A stretch of 64,000 nt of DNA from the human T2T-CHM13v2.0 reference genome, Homo sapiens (GCF_009914755.1 NC_060928.1); one strand, 5' to 3'. Counted from the first letter of the stretch, positions 14,076-29,600 are shown. Translations and numbers: made by a program. The notes: generated by a model from the sequence alone, not told the origin.

Positions 14076-15524
14076 ATAGGTGATAAGAGTAAAAAAGTTT
14101 TGCTTTGTTGTTATTTTGAAGAGGCAAAGTAAAATGACCAGATTTGTTTGTTACAAATCTGTGAAGAATGGACCAGTGTCTTATCATTAGCATGGCCAAC
14201 AGAAACAAAAAACTCTTACAGTCAAAGAAGAAAAATGAACTGTCCTTCATGCTGTCCATGATTTTTTTTTAACCTCCATTTAGATTTATATCAGGCAATT
14301 CAAAGAAAACAGCTTTATCTGTGTTTTAACCAGCTCAGCAGCAGGGGATGCCAAAGTCACTCCAGCATTAATAAGGGCAGTTCTAACTTAGGCCATATTC
14401 CTACTTCAAGACTGTTTCGAAATGCTGTGTAATATTACACAAAATAATATTTCATGGTATATTGAGGGGCTCCCAGACAATCTTACATGCATCTCTGATA
14501 TCTACCATTTATTAAAATTGAAAGATTGCCAACTTTCCAATAGAAAAAAAACAAAACTTCCTTTATCGTTTTCACAGTGATAAAATATAGACCACCAGAT
14601 ATCTGGATTTCTAATATAAACATCAATATGGCCTTATATTTTGCTTATAAGTATAAACAAACTTCAAGGTTTATTATATCATGCATACTAATTTTGATAG
14701 GCAATTTCACATTTGAGTCCCTGATTCCTGCTGTCTAGGCTTATATGTGTGACATAAAGACAATATTTTTGATTCTGGCAATATTTAAGAAAGAGAAGAG
14801 CAAGGCAATTGGTTGATGTTGCTGACATTTGTGTCCATAATTAGGCTGATGGATTGCTGCTTCAGGAGTTTTGCTTTTTTAACCATTTGATGATTCTTGA
14901 AATATCTATGTAGTTTTTGCTAATGTGCTTGTATTTCTATTTTCTTTTTTTAATAATCACATATAGTACATATAAATACAAACAGTGCCTCCATTTATAT
15001 ACTTAAATGTCTATGTATAGGATTTTTTTACATAAGGAAGGAGATGCCTTTTTAAATTAATTTTTAAATTTGATTTCAATAACTCCAGCCACCCAGTAAA
15101 ACATGTAGCTTTACTTCAAAAGCTGCAAATGAAAAGTCTAAGTACCATCAGCAATGCCTCCTCCAAAGCCCTCACTCTAAAGTCACTTGTCACACATTCT
15201 ATCAAATAAGGGAGAAAAAAACAAACACTATATCCAATTATAGTTTTCCACCTGAAACTACCAAAATAGAAAAAAAAAATTTTCCTATTAAAATGGAAAA
15301 AGTCTAAGTGCTCAGGTAGAATCATTGAATTATCATTTTTGCTAGAGTTGACCTTATGCATTTCAAGGCTGGCACCATCATGTACAGGAACAATATGCTC
15401 ATTGCTCCTCCCACCCATCCCCACCATGATGAAGAAAAGAGCTGATTAGTGAACAACTAATAAATATGTGCCATCTGGGTACTAGTAACTTTAAATTTTT
15501 ATTTAATGTATTTTTCATTTTTTA

Positions 15525-16330
15525 AGAAAATACCTTGTGAAGTAGAAGTTATCATGCCTTTACAATAAAAAAAAAGCTGAAGCTCAGGGGTGTTAAATTA
15601 TTTCCCCCAAGTCAAACAGCCTGGAAGTCACATAAGCGAAGATTCAAACCCAACTGTCATGTAATAGAGCCCACATTCTCTCCACCGTATTTACGTGTGC
15701 CCTCAGATACCGAAAATTCTCCACAACCAGCAAGAATAGGAGGTACACATATTTCTGTACTCTTCTCTTCCGTTTCTCTTTTTCCCGAAGAATCATACTC
15801 ATTACAGATAAAGTATCTCTCTGGGAGATGCTGTTCTTTCTTTACCTGGAACCTTCTTCCCTTTCTGGCTCCTTCTCATCCTTGAAGTCTCAACCTGAAT
15901 TTTTAGACAGGTCTTCCCTCTTTAGAGAGGTCTTTGCTAATGCCCTAGTCTGAATTAGATTCCCCCTGAATTCTTTCCCGTAACACCCTATTCTTGTCTT
16001 TTATAGCCCTCTCCAAAGTTGAAATACATATTTATGTATAGCGTTACTTGTGTAAAGTCTCTCCCCAGCTAGAATACAATAGCCCAGGCTGTGGTATATT
16101 TTAACAATGGCTAAATTTTCTTGAGCACCAATAGTGTGTCAGGGGTCATCCTTCTATCTTTCCATGCAACAACTCACCAGGTAGGAAATGCGTGTATTTT
16201 GAAAGTGGTAAAACCGAGACACAGAGAGGCTAAGGTAACTCTCCCAAAGTTAGAAAGCCATCAAGAGGAGGAGCCAAGTTGCAAAGCAAGGTAGTCTGGA
16301 TCCCTGAGCCCATACTCTTAAACACCATGC
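15525..16330. mobile_element. Cluster of MIR (about 15525-15690 and 16105-16330) and L2 (about 15835-16095) fragments
   Basis: MIR cores (gaagctcagggg tgttaaattatttcccccaagtca; aaaccgagacacagagaggctaaggtaactctcccaaag) and an L2-type pyrimidine-rich segment. Confidence 0.6.
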
Positions 16331-19300
16331 TATGAATGAATAGGAATCTGACACATGAGGACATGGAAGCAACTGGCATACCACATCTGCCCCTTAATGA
16401 CTGAGTGATGTGCTGGAATCTGAGAGCAAGAGCTGTGGAGTGAGTGAGGATAAATGTTCATAACGTTATAGGTGTTGAAGAGAGTGGGTGCTGGCAGTGA
16501 GGAAAGTGGAACCACTATAAACACTTCATTTGCCCTACAATTTAGAATCAGGAACTAATCTCTGCATAGTGATTCTGGGAATTGGAATGGGACTCCTTAA
16601 TTTTCCATCAGTTTTTTTTTTCAAACTGCTACCTGGGTCAAATTATGAACATACTAGAACACTGGTTAGTCTTTCACTGTTTGGCTCTTCCCTTAGTTGA
16701 CTAACAACACAGTCTCAAGCAATTTTAACATCAGAAGTTCCCTCAAATTCTGTCCTTTGATCCAAAATTGTATTAATCATAGATATTTAAATTTTCCATT
16801 ATATTAAAAATTATAAGGAACAGAGCTTTTATTCATTGAAATCTATCCTATTGGAGAAACTCCCATGGAAAACGTGAACAGCTGGACACTGTCCTCCTTA
16901 AAATAAATCCTCATGTATTTAAATAAGGTTATTTGTACTCCTCAGAGTTTTTTCTTTTGTGACTTTAAGAAATTCAAGCCCTCCCTTTAGACTTTCTTTA
17001 TAAATCCTATTCTAATTTTATAATCACTTTTCTATCTTTAATCTGAACTTCATCCAGATTAAACTTTTTTAGATATGTATAATGTATAGTTCACACATTT
17101 ATTCTATCTGAATGGAGTAGACCATAATTTCTTTCCTATAGAAAACATGGAATTACAAAATTTTACATTTTAAATTGTCACATAATTTAATACTAAAGAT
17201 GCATTTGATCAGAAATATATATTATTAGTTTTTATTCAGAATTAATACAAAGATATAAGATATCAAATATCAAAAAGATTTTCTTAATTTAGATATCTGA
17301 GCCATAGCAAATGTTTATTTGCTAAATGTTGATTTGTAGCTAATGATATTTTGGAATAAGAATAATTTTTCATATTAAAAATGAATGTTTAGATTGTTCA
17401 TATTGTAGTGTTTTAATGTTTCTGTGTTGTTAGAATTCTGCATTTGATCATTTTGTAAAATAGTACTTAATAAAAATATCAAAGATTCAAAGAATTTGAT
17501 TCTGCTACTTGGTAAATTGCAAGTTTAATTGACATATAAATCATGAAAATACAAACTCTACTTAGAAAATAATTTTTAAAGTACCGTAATTGTTATATGA
17601 CCTTGAAGTTCCAGCAATCTATTGCATAACTCTTCAAGAGAAGTCACATGGAGGAAACCTCATATTTCCTTAAATTTATTAGTGTTCCTTGGTGGTCTAA
17701 ACTATTGGGGTTTTTTTTTTCAAGGTTTCTTTTCAAAGCAATAATCTTACTTAATTGCTTAATGTTTTCTCTTATATAAGTCAATTTGAGTTCTTATTTA
17801 GAGTAACAATAGAAATACATAATGGCTAAGAGTAGTGAAACATGACTAGGAAACTCAAGTATACCAGTGTTATATTTCTATATAATGACGTGAAGATAAT
17901 GCTTTTAGCTGCATGACCAGCATATTAGCCACACATCGTAAAAACCAAACTTCATAAAAGCAAGAGGTCAAATTCATTAAAAACAATTTTGTACCCTTTG
18001 CTACAGTTAAGCATTTATCTTTAATATTGTGATTTCTTTCTTCTATTGAAAAGGCCCTGAATCTCCCATTTCCTGACAGGAGAAAAAAAAATTAAAGTAA
18101 AAAGGTATAAATCACATGAAACTATCAAGAAAACTTACTTTATATTCCTGGGTTTAATGTTTAAAATCAAATGGTAAGACTTTATGCCTCAGAGATTTTA
18201 GCTTTAAAGATGGTGAATGAAATAATAAGTCCATTTTATTTCATTTGTTTTCAACATAAAAATCTAATATTCCAGTAATTCCATAAAATTAACTTTTGTT
18301 TTTATAAAAGTTAATGGTTCTTATGTTTGTAAGATTATCACTAATAAAATATGAAAATGCATTTGTCTTTATTATAGACCAAGTCATTCTAAAAAAGACA
18401 TTTCTTAGCCATTAAGTAAAATAAATTATAAGGGGGTCTGAAAAAGTTAATGGGTTTTCTAAATTGTCTTCCTTATTCCAAAGGAAATACTTGCTTTTCT
18501 AACAAGATTTGCTTGATATTTGTCAGTTTAATTTTTTTTTAACTATTCATGATTTAAGAATGGCCCTAAGAGTGAAATCCATGAGACACTGAGAGAAGAA
18601 AGAATTGAACCTCTCCAAACATAAATAGTATTTCCTTTATTCTGTGGCATCATCTAGTCTTTGGGGATATGTATGTCTTTAATGGATATGCATGCTCTCA
18701 TACACTCCTTGAATAATCTTATATTCGTCCTTAGTTTATAATTGAATATCCAAATTTAAATCTAAATTTGGTATCTTTTTTGTTCTTATAAATATGTGTC
18801 ATATTAGTCAATAGGGCTCTGAAGTAATTTTCACAGCTAATTGCTACTATCAAAAATACACATTTTTCTATCATAAATCTTGGTGGTGCATTTTCACATT
18901 GGGTTTGTTTTTGGAGGGGAGGAAATATTGTAATTTGCCATCGGTATTACTGAAGAACACACAAATGTCGGGGTCTATTTCTTTCACCCCTTATATTTGT
19001 CTACTAAATAAATTTCTTTATGTTTAACTTTAGAGGATAAATTTTATATATTTTAATGAAAAAACGATATTTCTACAATAGCAAAGTTATGGGTGTTTCA
19101 ATTTTAGAACAAAAATTTAGATTACATCAAGCCTTACAAATCATTCATTAATAAACCAGCCACTGGTAACACATGCCACGTAAATCTCCTGAAAAGATAT
19201 CCACAAATCTTTATCAAAAGTATGTGGTGAGCCTGGTGCTAAATATAAGTATAAATGTGCATGTCCATGCCTGCAATTTTCTGAAGTCCAAAAGTTCTTT

Positions 19301-19999
19301 GGATGGCAAGCAGCAAGTTAATACTTCTTCTACATAACGTGCACGCATTCCTCATCTGATCAAAATGTAGGACTTCACATTCTCTACTTCAAAATTACAT
19401 TCCCTACTTGAGAAGCTTCTTATGTTATAGAACAACTGAATGTGAGAAGAGTTCTTCCCTCTCTGTGCACTATAATAGTTATATCTTCAATTTGAATAGC
19501 ACTTTAGAGCTCATTAAGTAATTTTACATTCATCATCTTCTTGGATTATCTGAGCAACCTTATGTGATAGATTTAAGATATTTACCAAGAAGTTTTCCTT
19601 TGCCTCAGTGAGTGTATTTACACCACATAAATTTACACAAATCTGCACCTCTTTTTTTTTTCCCAAACAGGCCATTTACTGGCACAACACTACCTTAAAA
19701 CCTAAATTAACCTTTGTGTTAAAATAATTGAGGTACACACTTCAGTATATCCCACATAAGTTAAAATGACTAAATCATTTAATTTAAAGTAATATATATG
19801 AGTTAAAGTAACTGAGGGATGAGCTTCATTTTATTCCCTTGTAGAACTTCAGAAACCCAAGTTACTTAAGACTGTTTCAAAACTGCCTCAGTTCATGAAC
19901 AATGGGTGCTGATAAGAGAATACAGTCTCTTCTTTTTTTGTTCATTTCTTCATTTAGGAAGTACTTGGTAGAGCACTGTAACATAATAGTTCCCATTGT

Positions 20000-20200
20000 G
20001 TGTCTTCCAATCACAATCTCTGCTTTGCTACTTCTATTTAAGCATTTGGGGCAAGTTACTCAATTCCTCTATGCCTCTTGTTTCCTTACATGGAAAGTAA
20101 AGATAATAAAACAGTATTAAACTCTAGAGTTGCTATAAAGTTTAAACAGAATATTGCTTGAAAATCACTTAGCACAGTCTCTGTCACGCAGTAAGAACTC
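20000..20200 (+). mobile_element. MIR fragment
   Basis: ggggcaagttactcaattcctctatgcctc...cttagcacagtctctgtcacgcagtaagaactcagta. Confidence 0.75.
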
Positions 20201-21652
20201 AGTACATCCTATTTGTACTATAACAAGGAGGTAGAGTCAGTACCTCCACTGTCAATGAGGTACTATGTAAGACATCAGAAATACCACGATGTGGTCTCTG
20301 CCTTCAAGAAGCTTACAGTCTATTGGAGACTTGCTCCTAATTTACATATCTAACATTTTGTTGTGTCTAACAAAGTAGTTAGCTTAATATTTTACCCTTT
20401 TACAGTTCAGTCTAGAATTTTTTTTAAATTTTTTGTTCAACAAGTCTTAAGCCTATGGTTCATAATAGTTTTGTGAGGTTACAAAGCTTTTTCTAATTGT
20501 AATTTTTATTCATTTTTATTCCCAAGAATATTCTTATAGTTTTGTTAAACCATCATTAATTTATTTTCATTTAGCCTCAGTGCACAGAATAAAAGCTTTG
20601 CTTTCTCCAAGTGTTACCAATGTTTCTATAATTTTTTTCTCTAAAAAATTGTTTATTGCTAGGATTTTCCTTTTGAGAAGGGATTTTTATGCTTTTTGGA
20701 GGCTTATTGTTTTATTACTTTATTATTTCAAATAGATATTTCACACAGTTTAATTTTATTAGAGCATTTTGTCTCATTGAGAAGATATTTTAGAAAGTGG
20801 AACTTTGGAATAGATATTATAGCATCTGATGCGTATTGAGCCAGATAGTCCCTTGTGTTTAAGTCATTCTCTGATATTATATTGGATTCCTTGGGCACAT
20901 ATATTAAAGTTTCCACAGCTGTCAACTGCTGCCTGAGCAAGACAAAAGGTACAAGTCAATCCAATCTCTAATATGCCGTAATGTATCACATGCCACAGTT
21001 CAAATGCTTTAAAAGCCTGGGGAGGAAATAGTAATATGAACATAATAAATTAAATTCCACTTGACAAATATAAATTTTATATAAAATAAATCATATATAC
21101 ATAACATTGTGACTCTAATAGTTATAAGTATATAACTGAGTATGTATATATACATTTTTCCTCATAGATGGAAATGTCAAAAGATCATTCATATATGGAA
21201 TAAGAAGGAGCTATGAAACTAGAAATTCTAGAAAATAGCCACTTCCAATACGTCCAATATCCTCACTCTGAGTAGGCTGTAACTTAAACCTAGTATTACT
21301 GATTTATTTTGTTTTTTGAAGAGAGTAGAAAAGAGAATTATTGTGACTTACAGGTAGATGATTTCCGTGTGGAATCTCTTTTATTCTTCCATTTGCACTT
21401 TTCTAATTTGTCTGCATCTGCTACCTTCAAAAGATAAAATGCTTGAAAATCCTAAACATAGATTTGACACGGACCAATCGCTACATACCAGAGATTATAT
21501 ACCCCATGAGACACTTCCTAAAATTCTGAATTGCTGGTTATCTTCTAGCAGCTCTCCAATGTTATCTGAAGCAGGACAGATTTCTTTGTCAGGTGTGATG
21601 GAGTGTGATGAAGATGAGCTTGTGTCCCAACAGCATCTGAAAATTGTATATG

Positions 21653-21924
21653 CAGTTATGCACTGCATAAAGACATTTGAGTCAACAACGGACCACATAT
21701 ACAATGGTGGTCCCATAAGATTATAACACCATATTTTTACAGTACCTTTTCTATGTTTACATGCACAGATGCTGACCATTGTATTAAGTTGCCTACAATA
21801 GTCAGTAAAGTAACATGCTACACAGCTTTGCAGCCTAGGAGCAACGGGCCATACCACATAGCCTAGATGTGTAGTAGGCTCTACCATCTCAGAAGGTATC
21901 CCCATTGTTAAGCTATTCATGACT
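21653..21924 (+). mobile_element. Tigger3a/MER7A-like DNA transposon with an internal deletion
   Basis: TIRs cagttatgcactgcataa.../...ttaagctattcatgactg; internal ggtggtcccataagattataa and gcctaggagcaa. Confidence 0.85.
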
Positions 21925-22339
21925 GTACCTTCTTGGAGGACTGAAACAGTGAGTAAACACGATTAAGGAGAAGAGAAAAGTTGAGCATCAGCATTCCGTT
22001 AATTGGACTAAGTTTAAAGGAAAACCAAATCTGGAAAAGTAGAGGAAATTTTAATGAAAAGGGAGAATTCCTATTAGAATTGATACGTCCTTCGTTTATT
22101 GTGGCTGGTTTCATCCTCAGGGAATAGTGCAGGTCAGAAAAGCCAAAAGAGTGGATTACAAAATGAAACAAGATATTTTATGTCTTTTCCCAAACTTAAG
22201 TTTAGTAGAAAAAACAAGTCAAGTTCAAGAGTAAGAATTTTATGAACGAAAAGAAAACTACCAAATTATTAGAAGTATTCTCAAATAGACTTGATCACGA
22301 TCTCCATTTCCCTAGAAAAGAGAATGGGCTAAGTAACCT

Positions 22340-23150
22340 TTCAGGTTCTTTCTGGGATATTTTCTGACACCAAATGAGAGGTTTACTCTCACACCCACCA
22401 GTCCTCCCACACCAATTGTGCGTCCAACAATTTGATTTAGTTCAATTCAATTCTGAAACTATCTGGACTTAGCTCAGACCTCACAGGTTAAGGGCTCAGC
22501 CCCATAAGACTGCTCCTACTTCAAATACCAACCACAAATGGGATGCCCATGCTACCACATTTCTGCCGAGCAGGCTACAAATTTGGGGGTTCTCATAATT
22601 CGCCTTCAGCCTTGGTAATTCACTAGAATGACTCATAGAACACAGGAAAGCACTTTTATTTACTATTACTGGTTTACTATGAAGGATACGACTCAGGAAC
22701 AGCCAAATGGAAGAGAGGCATAAAACAAGATATTGGAAGGGGGTGCTGTACAGAGCTCCCCTGCCCTCTCTGGGTGTACCACTCTCTGTGAACCCTATTG
22801 TTTAGGGTCTTAAGGAGGTTTCATTACACAGACATGATTGATTGAATTACTGGCCATTGGTGATTGAACCCAACCTCCAACCTCTCTTGCTCCCTGGGGT
22901 TGTGGGGTAGGCTGAAAGTTCCAATTCTCTAATCACATGGTGGGTTCCTCTGGCTGCAAGCCCCCATCTTGAAGTTATCTAAAAGCCCACCAAAGTCAGC
23001 TTAGTAGTATAAAATCAGGTGTGATTAAAGCGGCTCCTTACAAATGAAAAAAAAATGCACTCCTATCACTCAGGAAATTCCAAGAGTTTTAGAGGCTTTG
23101 TGCCAAGAACTGGAGACAAAGAACAAACTTTTTTTTTTTTAATATATCAC
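22340..23150. mobile_element. MER21-family solo LTR
   Basis: ttcaattcaattctga...cacaggttaagggctcagccccataagactgc...ggaacagccaaatggaagag...caggaaattccaagagttttag. Confidence 0.8.
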
Positions 23151-23756
23151 AGAAACAAATCATGCAGTCCTTCCCATAAGTTAACCCAGGGACCTCAGGG
23201 GATTGACTCCTGTTCTGAGACCAATTTAGACTTTTGGAACTATTGAAAAGCGATGCTTCTTATCTTTTCCAAGAGTTGTGAAGAAATCAGTGCTCTGCAA
23301 TGTGTTTCACAGCTTATACACACAGCAAAATAACACAGTTTTAATCAACTTAAAATGCAAAGATTGTCCTCCAGTTAGTAGAAATGGTTTATATATATTT
23401 AATTTTACCTTCTCTGTATCTTGGAATCTCGTTTGACTAACTTGGGAGTTTTGATCTGAACTTAATTCATACGTGAAAGTTTCACATGTCCACATTTTAT
23501 CAAATGGTCTTCTCTCTCCTTCTGCTCAATTCTGAAGGATAGTTTCACTTCGTTTTGAAGAATGTTGGTTATTCTTCCAATACTGACAGCTATGAGAAAG
23601 AGCTTGTTGTAACAGAGTGTACCTTAAGTATCTCCTTGTGAACTTATATATGAACTTCACTGGTCTCCTCTTTCAGTGCTCACAGGAGGGCATGGCCATG
23701 AAGACACAAGTCAGAAATGCTTGGGATCCTTTTTCAGAAACCGATTAAAATATTCA

Positions 23757-24251
23757 TGTGGTAGGCAGAATAATGCCCCTCCCCAAATGATGTCCTTGTC
23801 CTTTCCCTAGAACTTGTGAATGTGTTACCTTATATGGCAAAGGGGAATTAAGGTTGCAATGGAATTAAGATTGCTAAACAGCACATAGGGAGATTATCCT
23901 GGATCATCTGGGTGGGCTCAGTGTAATCACAAGTTCTTAAAAGTGGAAGAGGAAGACAAAGGAGGTCAGAGTGATGTGATATGAGAAGGATTCAATCCAC
24001 CATTGCTGGCTTTGAAGATGGAAGAAAGAAGACACAAACTGAGAAATGCAGATGGCTTCCATAATTGGAAAATGAAAGAAAATGGATTATCTTCTAGCAC
24101 CTCTAGAAAGAAACTTAGCTCTGCCAACATTTATTATAACCTGTGAGACCCATGTTGAACTCTAATCTACAAATTAAGATAAAAAATTTATGTTATTTCA
24201 AGCCACAAAGTTTGTGGTAAATTTTCATAGCAGCAATAGAAAATGAATACA
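23757..24251 (+). mobile_element. MLT1D-like MaLR solo LTR
   Basis: tgtggtaggcagaataatgcccc...gagattatcctggat...tggctttgaagatggaag...cagcaatagaaaatgaataca; TG...CA ends. Confidence 0.88.
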
Positions 24252-25382
24252 ATCTGGTACTGTGTTTGAACTAACAGTTCTCAAACAAACCTGTTTTGCC
24301 ATTTCTGATCAGCAAATAGTTCCAGTCTAAGAGAAAGCATAGATTTGCATGAGAGGGTCCCATTTTAGTCCCAAGTCCTCTTTTTCCTCTTTTTCCTTTC
24401 ATGATGTGTATCAGCAAAACATAAGCAAGAAAATGACAGTTAATAAAAGAAATGTGAAAGCCTGCCTTATAGCAAAAGTATATATCTTATAGGGAATTCA
24501 AAATACCACCACTCTATTCTTATATTAATTCTTAAAAATTCCTTGAGCATTAAGAGAGCAACAATTTTACCAGAGAGCTTCATTCATACCTGTGTGCTTG
24601 TGTCATGTACATAAAATAAATTACCAGATGGTCTTACTGTTTGTAGAAACTCCGCTTACTTCTTCATGTAAGTTTTTATGTAATTAAGCTGTTTTTTTCT
24701 TTTTTTTTTTTTTAGCAAGTTTTAGAGTGGAGAAAGCTCAGGTGCCAATATATAAATTAATCTTTGTGTCAGAAGTTACCAAAAGTATTTATTTCTTATC
24801 TTTAATACTTGTTTTTTGACCATGCACATTTCTAACAGTGTAGCATTGTTCATCCTCCTCAAAAATCTCCAAGTACGATGGGAATGAAACAACTCAAAAT
24901 TCAAAACTATACTTTGTTATGTGCTTCCATATACAAACTCATTGAGAGGAGGAATTTATTCTTATTGATTGTTTATCCCTAAGCACCAACACATTATATC
25001 CAACACATAATGGGTATTCAATAAGTATTTGTGGAATAAGTGTAAAATTAAAAAAAGAAATAGTTGGCAGTAACAACTAATGTCTTGAACATAGTGTCAC
25101 ATTATTTAGTTTATGTTTCATGGCTTTCATAATATCATAGGGTCATGTTGTGGATGACTGAACTTGAAGTCAGCCACTTACCAAAAGGTCACTAAGAAAA
25201 ATTATGTTTCCTAAAATGTACAAGTCAGTATTTCCTGAAGGACATTAGGGCAAATTTAAAGCAAAAACAGAAACCAGAAAAAAACTAACTGTAACCACAT
25301 TAAAGTATGAAGAGAATGTTGTCTTTTAAATATCACAATGAAAGATGTTGTCCTATAATGTCTGTTAAAAAAGAAAAAATAG

Positions 25383-25550
25383 GGCCGAGTGTGGTGGCTC
25401 ATGCCTGTAATACCCACACTGTCAGAAACCAAGGCAAGAGGATCACTTGAGCCCAGAAGTTCAAGGCTGCAGTGAGCCATGATTGTGACACTGCACTCCA
25501 GCCAGGGTGATAGAGTGAAACCATGTATAAAAAAAGAAAAGAAAAAAATA
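25383..25550 (+). mobile_element. Monomeric fossil Alu (FAM/FRAM-like)
   Basis: Single ~145-nt monomer with J-type ttcaaggctgcagtgagccatgat and an A-tail. Confidence 0.85.
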
Positions 25551-26311
25551 ATACTTTCTGTTATAATCATTTTATGATTATCTCTTCTTTCAAATGGATA
25601 CTTAATTATTCAAAGAAGAGGAATATTCTTAATTGGTTAGAACTTGGATCTGTTCACCAGGGAAGAATTTATCCCAAAGCTGCAACACTAGGTCTGATCT
25701 TGTATTTACATTAAAGTATCAGTACTCTTCATTTTGGGGTTGTCTATTTTCTGTGGACCCTGTGAAATTGCTTTTAAGAGCTGACTGATAACTAGAATGG
25801 CAGATAGTTAAACACTTATTAAAAGCGCCTGAAGAGGGTTTTATTATTTCCTCTGAAACAACTTAGTCTACAGGTTCCAAATTGCGGGAACATTATTTTC
25901 AAATCATTCAACACTCCAAATTTGAGCAGTCATTTGTGCTTGCTGTCCAGTAGGGCTGTCCAGAAGTTGATGTAGCATTGAAGAGCTGAGCAAAGGGGAA
26001 GAGGGGGTCTTGTGGCAGCCTATGAAGCTTGGATGAGGTTCAAGTCAGTAAGTTGTTTTTTTTTTTTTAAAGCATTACCAAACTGAGGAAATCCTAAATT
26101 CTTGTTTGTAAATTACTTGTTGCCCTTTTAGCTTTCAGTTTGGTTCTAGCAATGCTGTCTGTGCATTCCCAGAAGCACAATATACAAAGTGCTCAGTGCT
26201 AATAATGAAGTACAATTATAATGTGAATATTTAGACAAATCACTGCTTTTCACATGGGTAAGAATAAACATTTTGGACATTGGTTAACAGTTTTTAAAAG
26301 TATAATGTTAG

Positions 26312-26604
<293 letters not shown>

Positions 26605-29600
26605 GGGATAATGTTAGAAATCAGTGTCTTTTTGAAAGGCAAGACTGCCTGAATCACGACTCTTCCATTTGCCATTCTATTAATATGTTTTTCTCCCTTT
26701 TTAGCCAGCTTGGCTCAACTAATCACTAGAAGCTCAAGAATAAAATAAAAACTCCCCAGATGCTCCCTAGACTCAGTTCAATAATTGACATTTCTGGAAG
26801 GAGTGTATGATTTTGATTCCATATTCTCTGAGCCATAAAACCACACATAATGAAGGGGTAGGATGAGAAGGGGTTAGAAGGAGAGCAGTTAGTAACATTG
26901 GCACCAGGGCTTTGTTTTTTTCTACTGAGCCTCTAAAGCTGGGTTATCGGATTTGGAAATAGAGTGAAGAGAAGGGAGTCTTTGGGCTAGGGGATCAGAC
27001 CAACAGAATGGGGCTTTGAACACACACAGTCAGAGCTGGGACAAAGGGGACTAAGATAATAGAAGGAAGTACAGGAGGCTGGGAGGTCTGGTCTGCTGGC
27101 CAGTCCCGGCTCCAGGCACCAACGTCCAGGCTCTCGGGCTAGGACGGTGTCCTGGTGAAGACTACAGCTGAAGCAACCTTAAATATCTGGTGGTGTTTCT
27201 GATGGTGTGGCCTCTAACTGACCCTGGTCTAAAATTAACCCTTCAGTGCCCAATCAACATATTTCTTCATAAGACCTTGAAAAATGACCCAGACCTTAGA
27301 GATAGGTTTGCATTTGAGAGTTAAATCATAATTTGTCAGTAATATATTTTAATTAAGTAGACAACATAATTCTGAAGTCTAATTCAAGTGAAATGTGAGC
27401 TCTCAATACATTAATCTCCTGGCACACTGTGGCACACCAGGAGTATATCTATCTGTCCTTTCTAATTTCTGAATATTTAGGAATCCTGTTATATAATTTT
27501 AAAATCTAGATTCAAGAAAATCTAGGATATTTATATAATACATTAAATTGTTTTCATCAGTGTAGTTATGAAAGTGAGTATTTCTCTGAAATGACTTAAG
27601 AGTAGTCAAATTTCTAAACTACTTTGCACCTGGAAGTTGACCCAAAAATGAGATCATATGTAATGATTAATCAATTGTAAATCCTATTACCTGAAAATGT
27701 CAGAATTACTGACTTTTTTTAAATTGCTTTTTTGATTTATTTCTCTGTCATTCACATGTCTCATTCTGTTTCCATATTTGGCACTTTAGTAAATGTCAAA
27801 AATGCCCCCAAAGTCATTTATGTGATAGATGGTATCTCTAAAGTGAACAATTGTCTTCTATCACTTGTGGATTTGTTTAAATCTCTTTTCCCATCTGTCT
27901 TTCTACAGTGCCTTAATTCTACATTCTTAATTCCTGAGAAGCAACCAGCACAGTTTTGAAGCATGTTGCTATCCAATTCAAATTGTATTTCTGATGATTT
28001 GATTAAAAACTACAAAGAACTACTTTCAACAAAAGCTGCTTATGGTGGAACACAAACATTTGTGAAGCAGGCATGCAGTACTTAACCTGCACTCACAGCT
28101 TTAGGGGGAAATATATTTGAGGGAGGAATTAATCACAAACGAAATCCCACCCTCGGGCCTCGTTAGACAATCCGTCAAGGAGGTTCAAATGTGCAGTGGC
28201 TTCTCTACAGTCAAATTGTACTTACATATCCTAGCTTCCAGTGTCTCAGAAGAAAGCCAAAAGATTTTTATTTAATGAAGATTTAAGCAGAAAAACAGCA
28301 CCATCGAGTCAATATTAAAATGACCAGAACAAGATAATCTGAAAAACAGAGAGTCATTCATATATCGGTCATTAGAGTTTTACCTTTATGATTAAAATTA
28401 AAATTATGCATATTGTGATGTGGAGGAAAGTTGACTTTTTGACATTTAAATAATGACTTGGTCGTTCTGTGTATTTGCAGCCATTTTAATATTTGTATGT
28501 TCTGAAAGTTTGGATATTCTACTTTGGGTGATCTATACCTAAAAACAGTTTTCTCTAAGCCAGGAAACAAATCGATGTTTATTAAAAGTAAACTTTTCTG
28601 CCTAAACCTTTCAATTCTGAACTCCATGTAAAATAAGAAGTACAAACAGTTCTATGCTTTGCTAGTAACATATACTATTGTGTGGGGGACAAAAACATGA
28701 GAGTGCTTCCATGACTGAACATGACCTTGTGAAGAGGTTGCAGTATTAGAGATTTTTTTTTCTCTGCTAACACTTGAGAAGGAATAACTTCTCATAGCTT
28801 TTTGCCATACGCTATGTCGTGATGTTTAATGGAATAAATAAGGTGATGTGCCATCAGCAGTTGCAGCGTTCAATTTCTATGCCATGTTTTTCTCCGAGAA
28901 AGTGCTTCCTGGCTTTACTAGTATGTGAACTTTAAGGCTCTGATCTAGATAATTTTAGATACTTTGATTTCATTATAGAAATTCCTAGACTATTTGTGGG
29001 ATAAAACAAAGGCTAAGACCATATTGAATTTCAACAAGTTGAATTAGCAGAAAATGAAGATAAAATGCCTTTCTATTTAAGAACATGAAGATGTTTTAAT
29101 TGTTATAGCATTTGGCATGCCTAATGTATACAATCCTTGACATTCATATAATAACACAAGAAAGTTGTTTGGGATTTTGCTTTAATTTCCTAGTGTCCCC
29201 TTTCCCCTCTAGCATTTCTCCCACTCCTTCCCCAGCCATGGCCTTTAGGCATCCTCTGGCTGCTTCATCCTTCTGTAAAGAAAAACCCTATGCAGCGAAG
29301 GGATTCATGTAAAACTGCCTCATTTCTAGATAGATAGGCAAGGCTGCCTATTACCTAGCTATGATGAACAGACCACCATCGTTGTGACAACTGATGTAGA
29401 TGCCTCCAGGGTAAAGCAAAGGTTTACATATTACACAAGCAATTTAACTGTTTTCTAAACATATTGCCAAGACAGTGGGAGTTGGCAGCCCACACTGTGT
29501 TTTAGGTTTTGGAGACTTGGATTAGAAGTGACTGTTGATTATGAACCTTTTTATTTGTCTTCTATGAACTACAAGCAACCTAGTAACCCGGGAAAGAATT

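Noticed and set aside
18750-18771. Hairpin CCAAATTTA-AATC-TAAATTTGG
   Set aside because: A 9-bp AT-rich stem is expected by chance in this base composition.
21358-21920. Overlapping 122-aa and 141-aa ORFs
   Set aside because: They overlap a non-autonomous Tigger3 element, show no recognisable domain and have no splice support.
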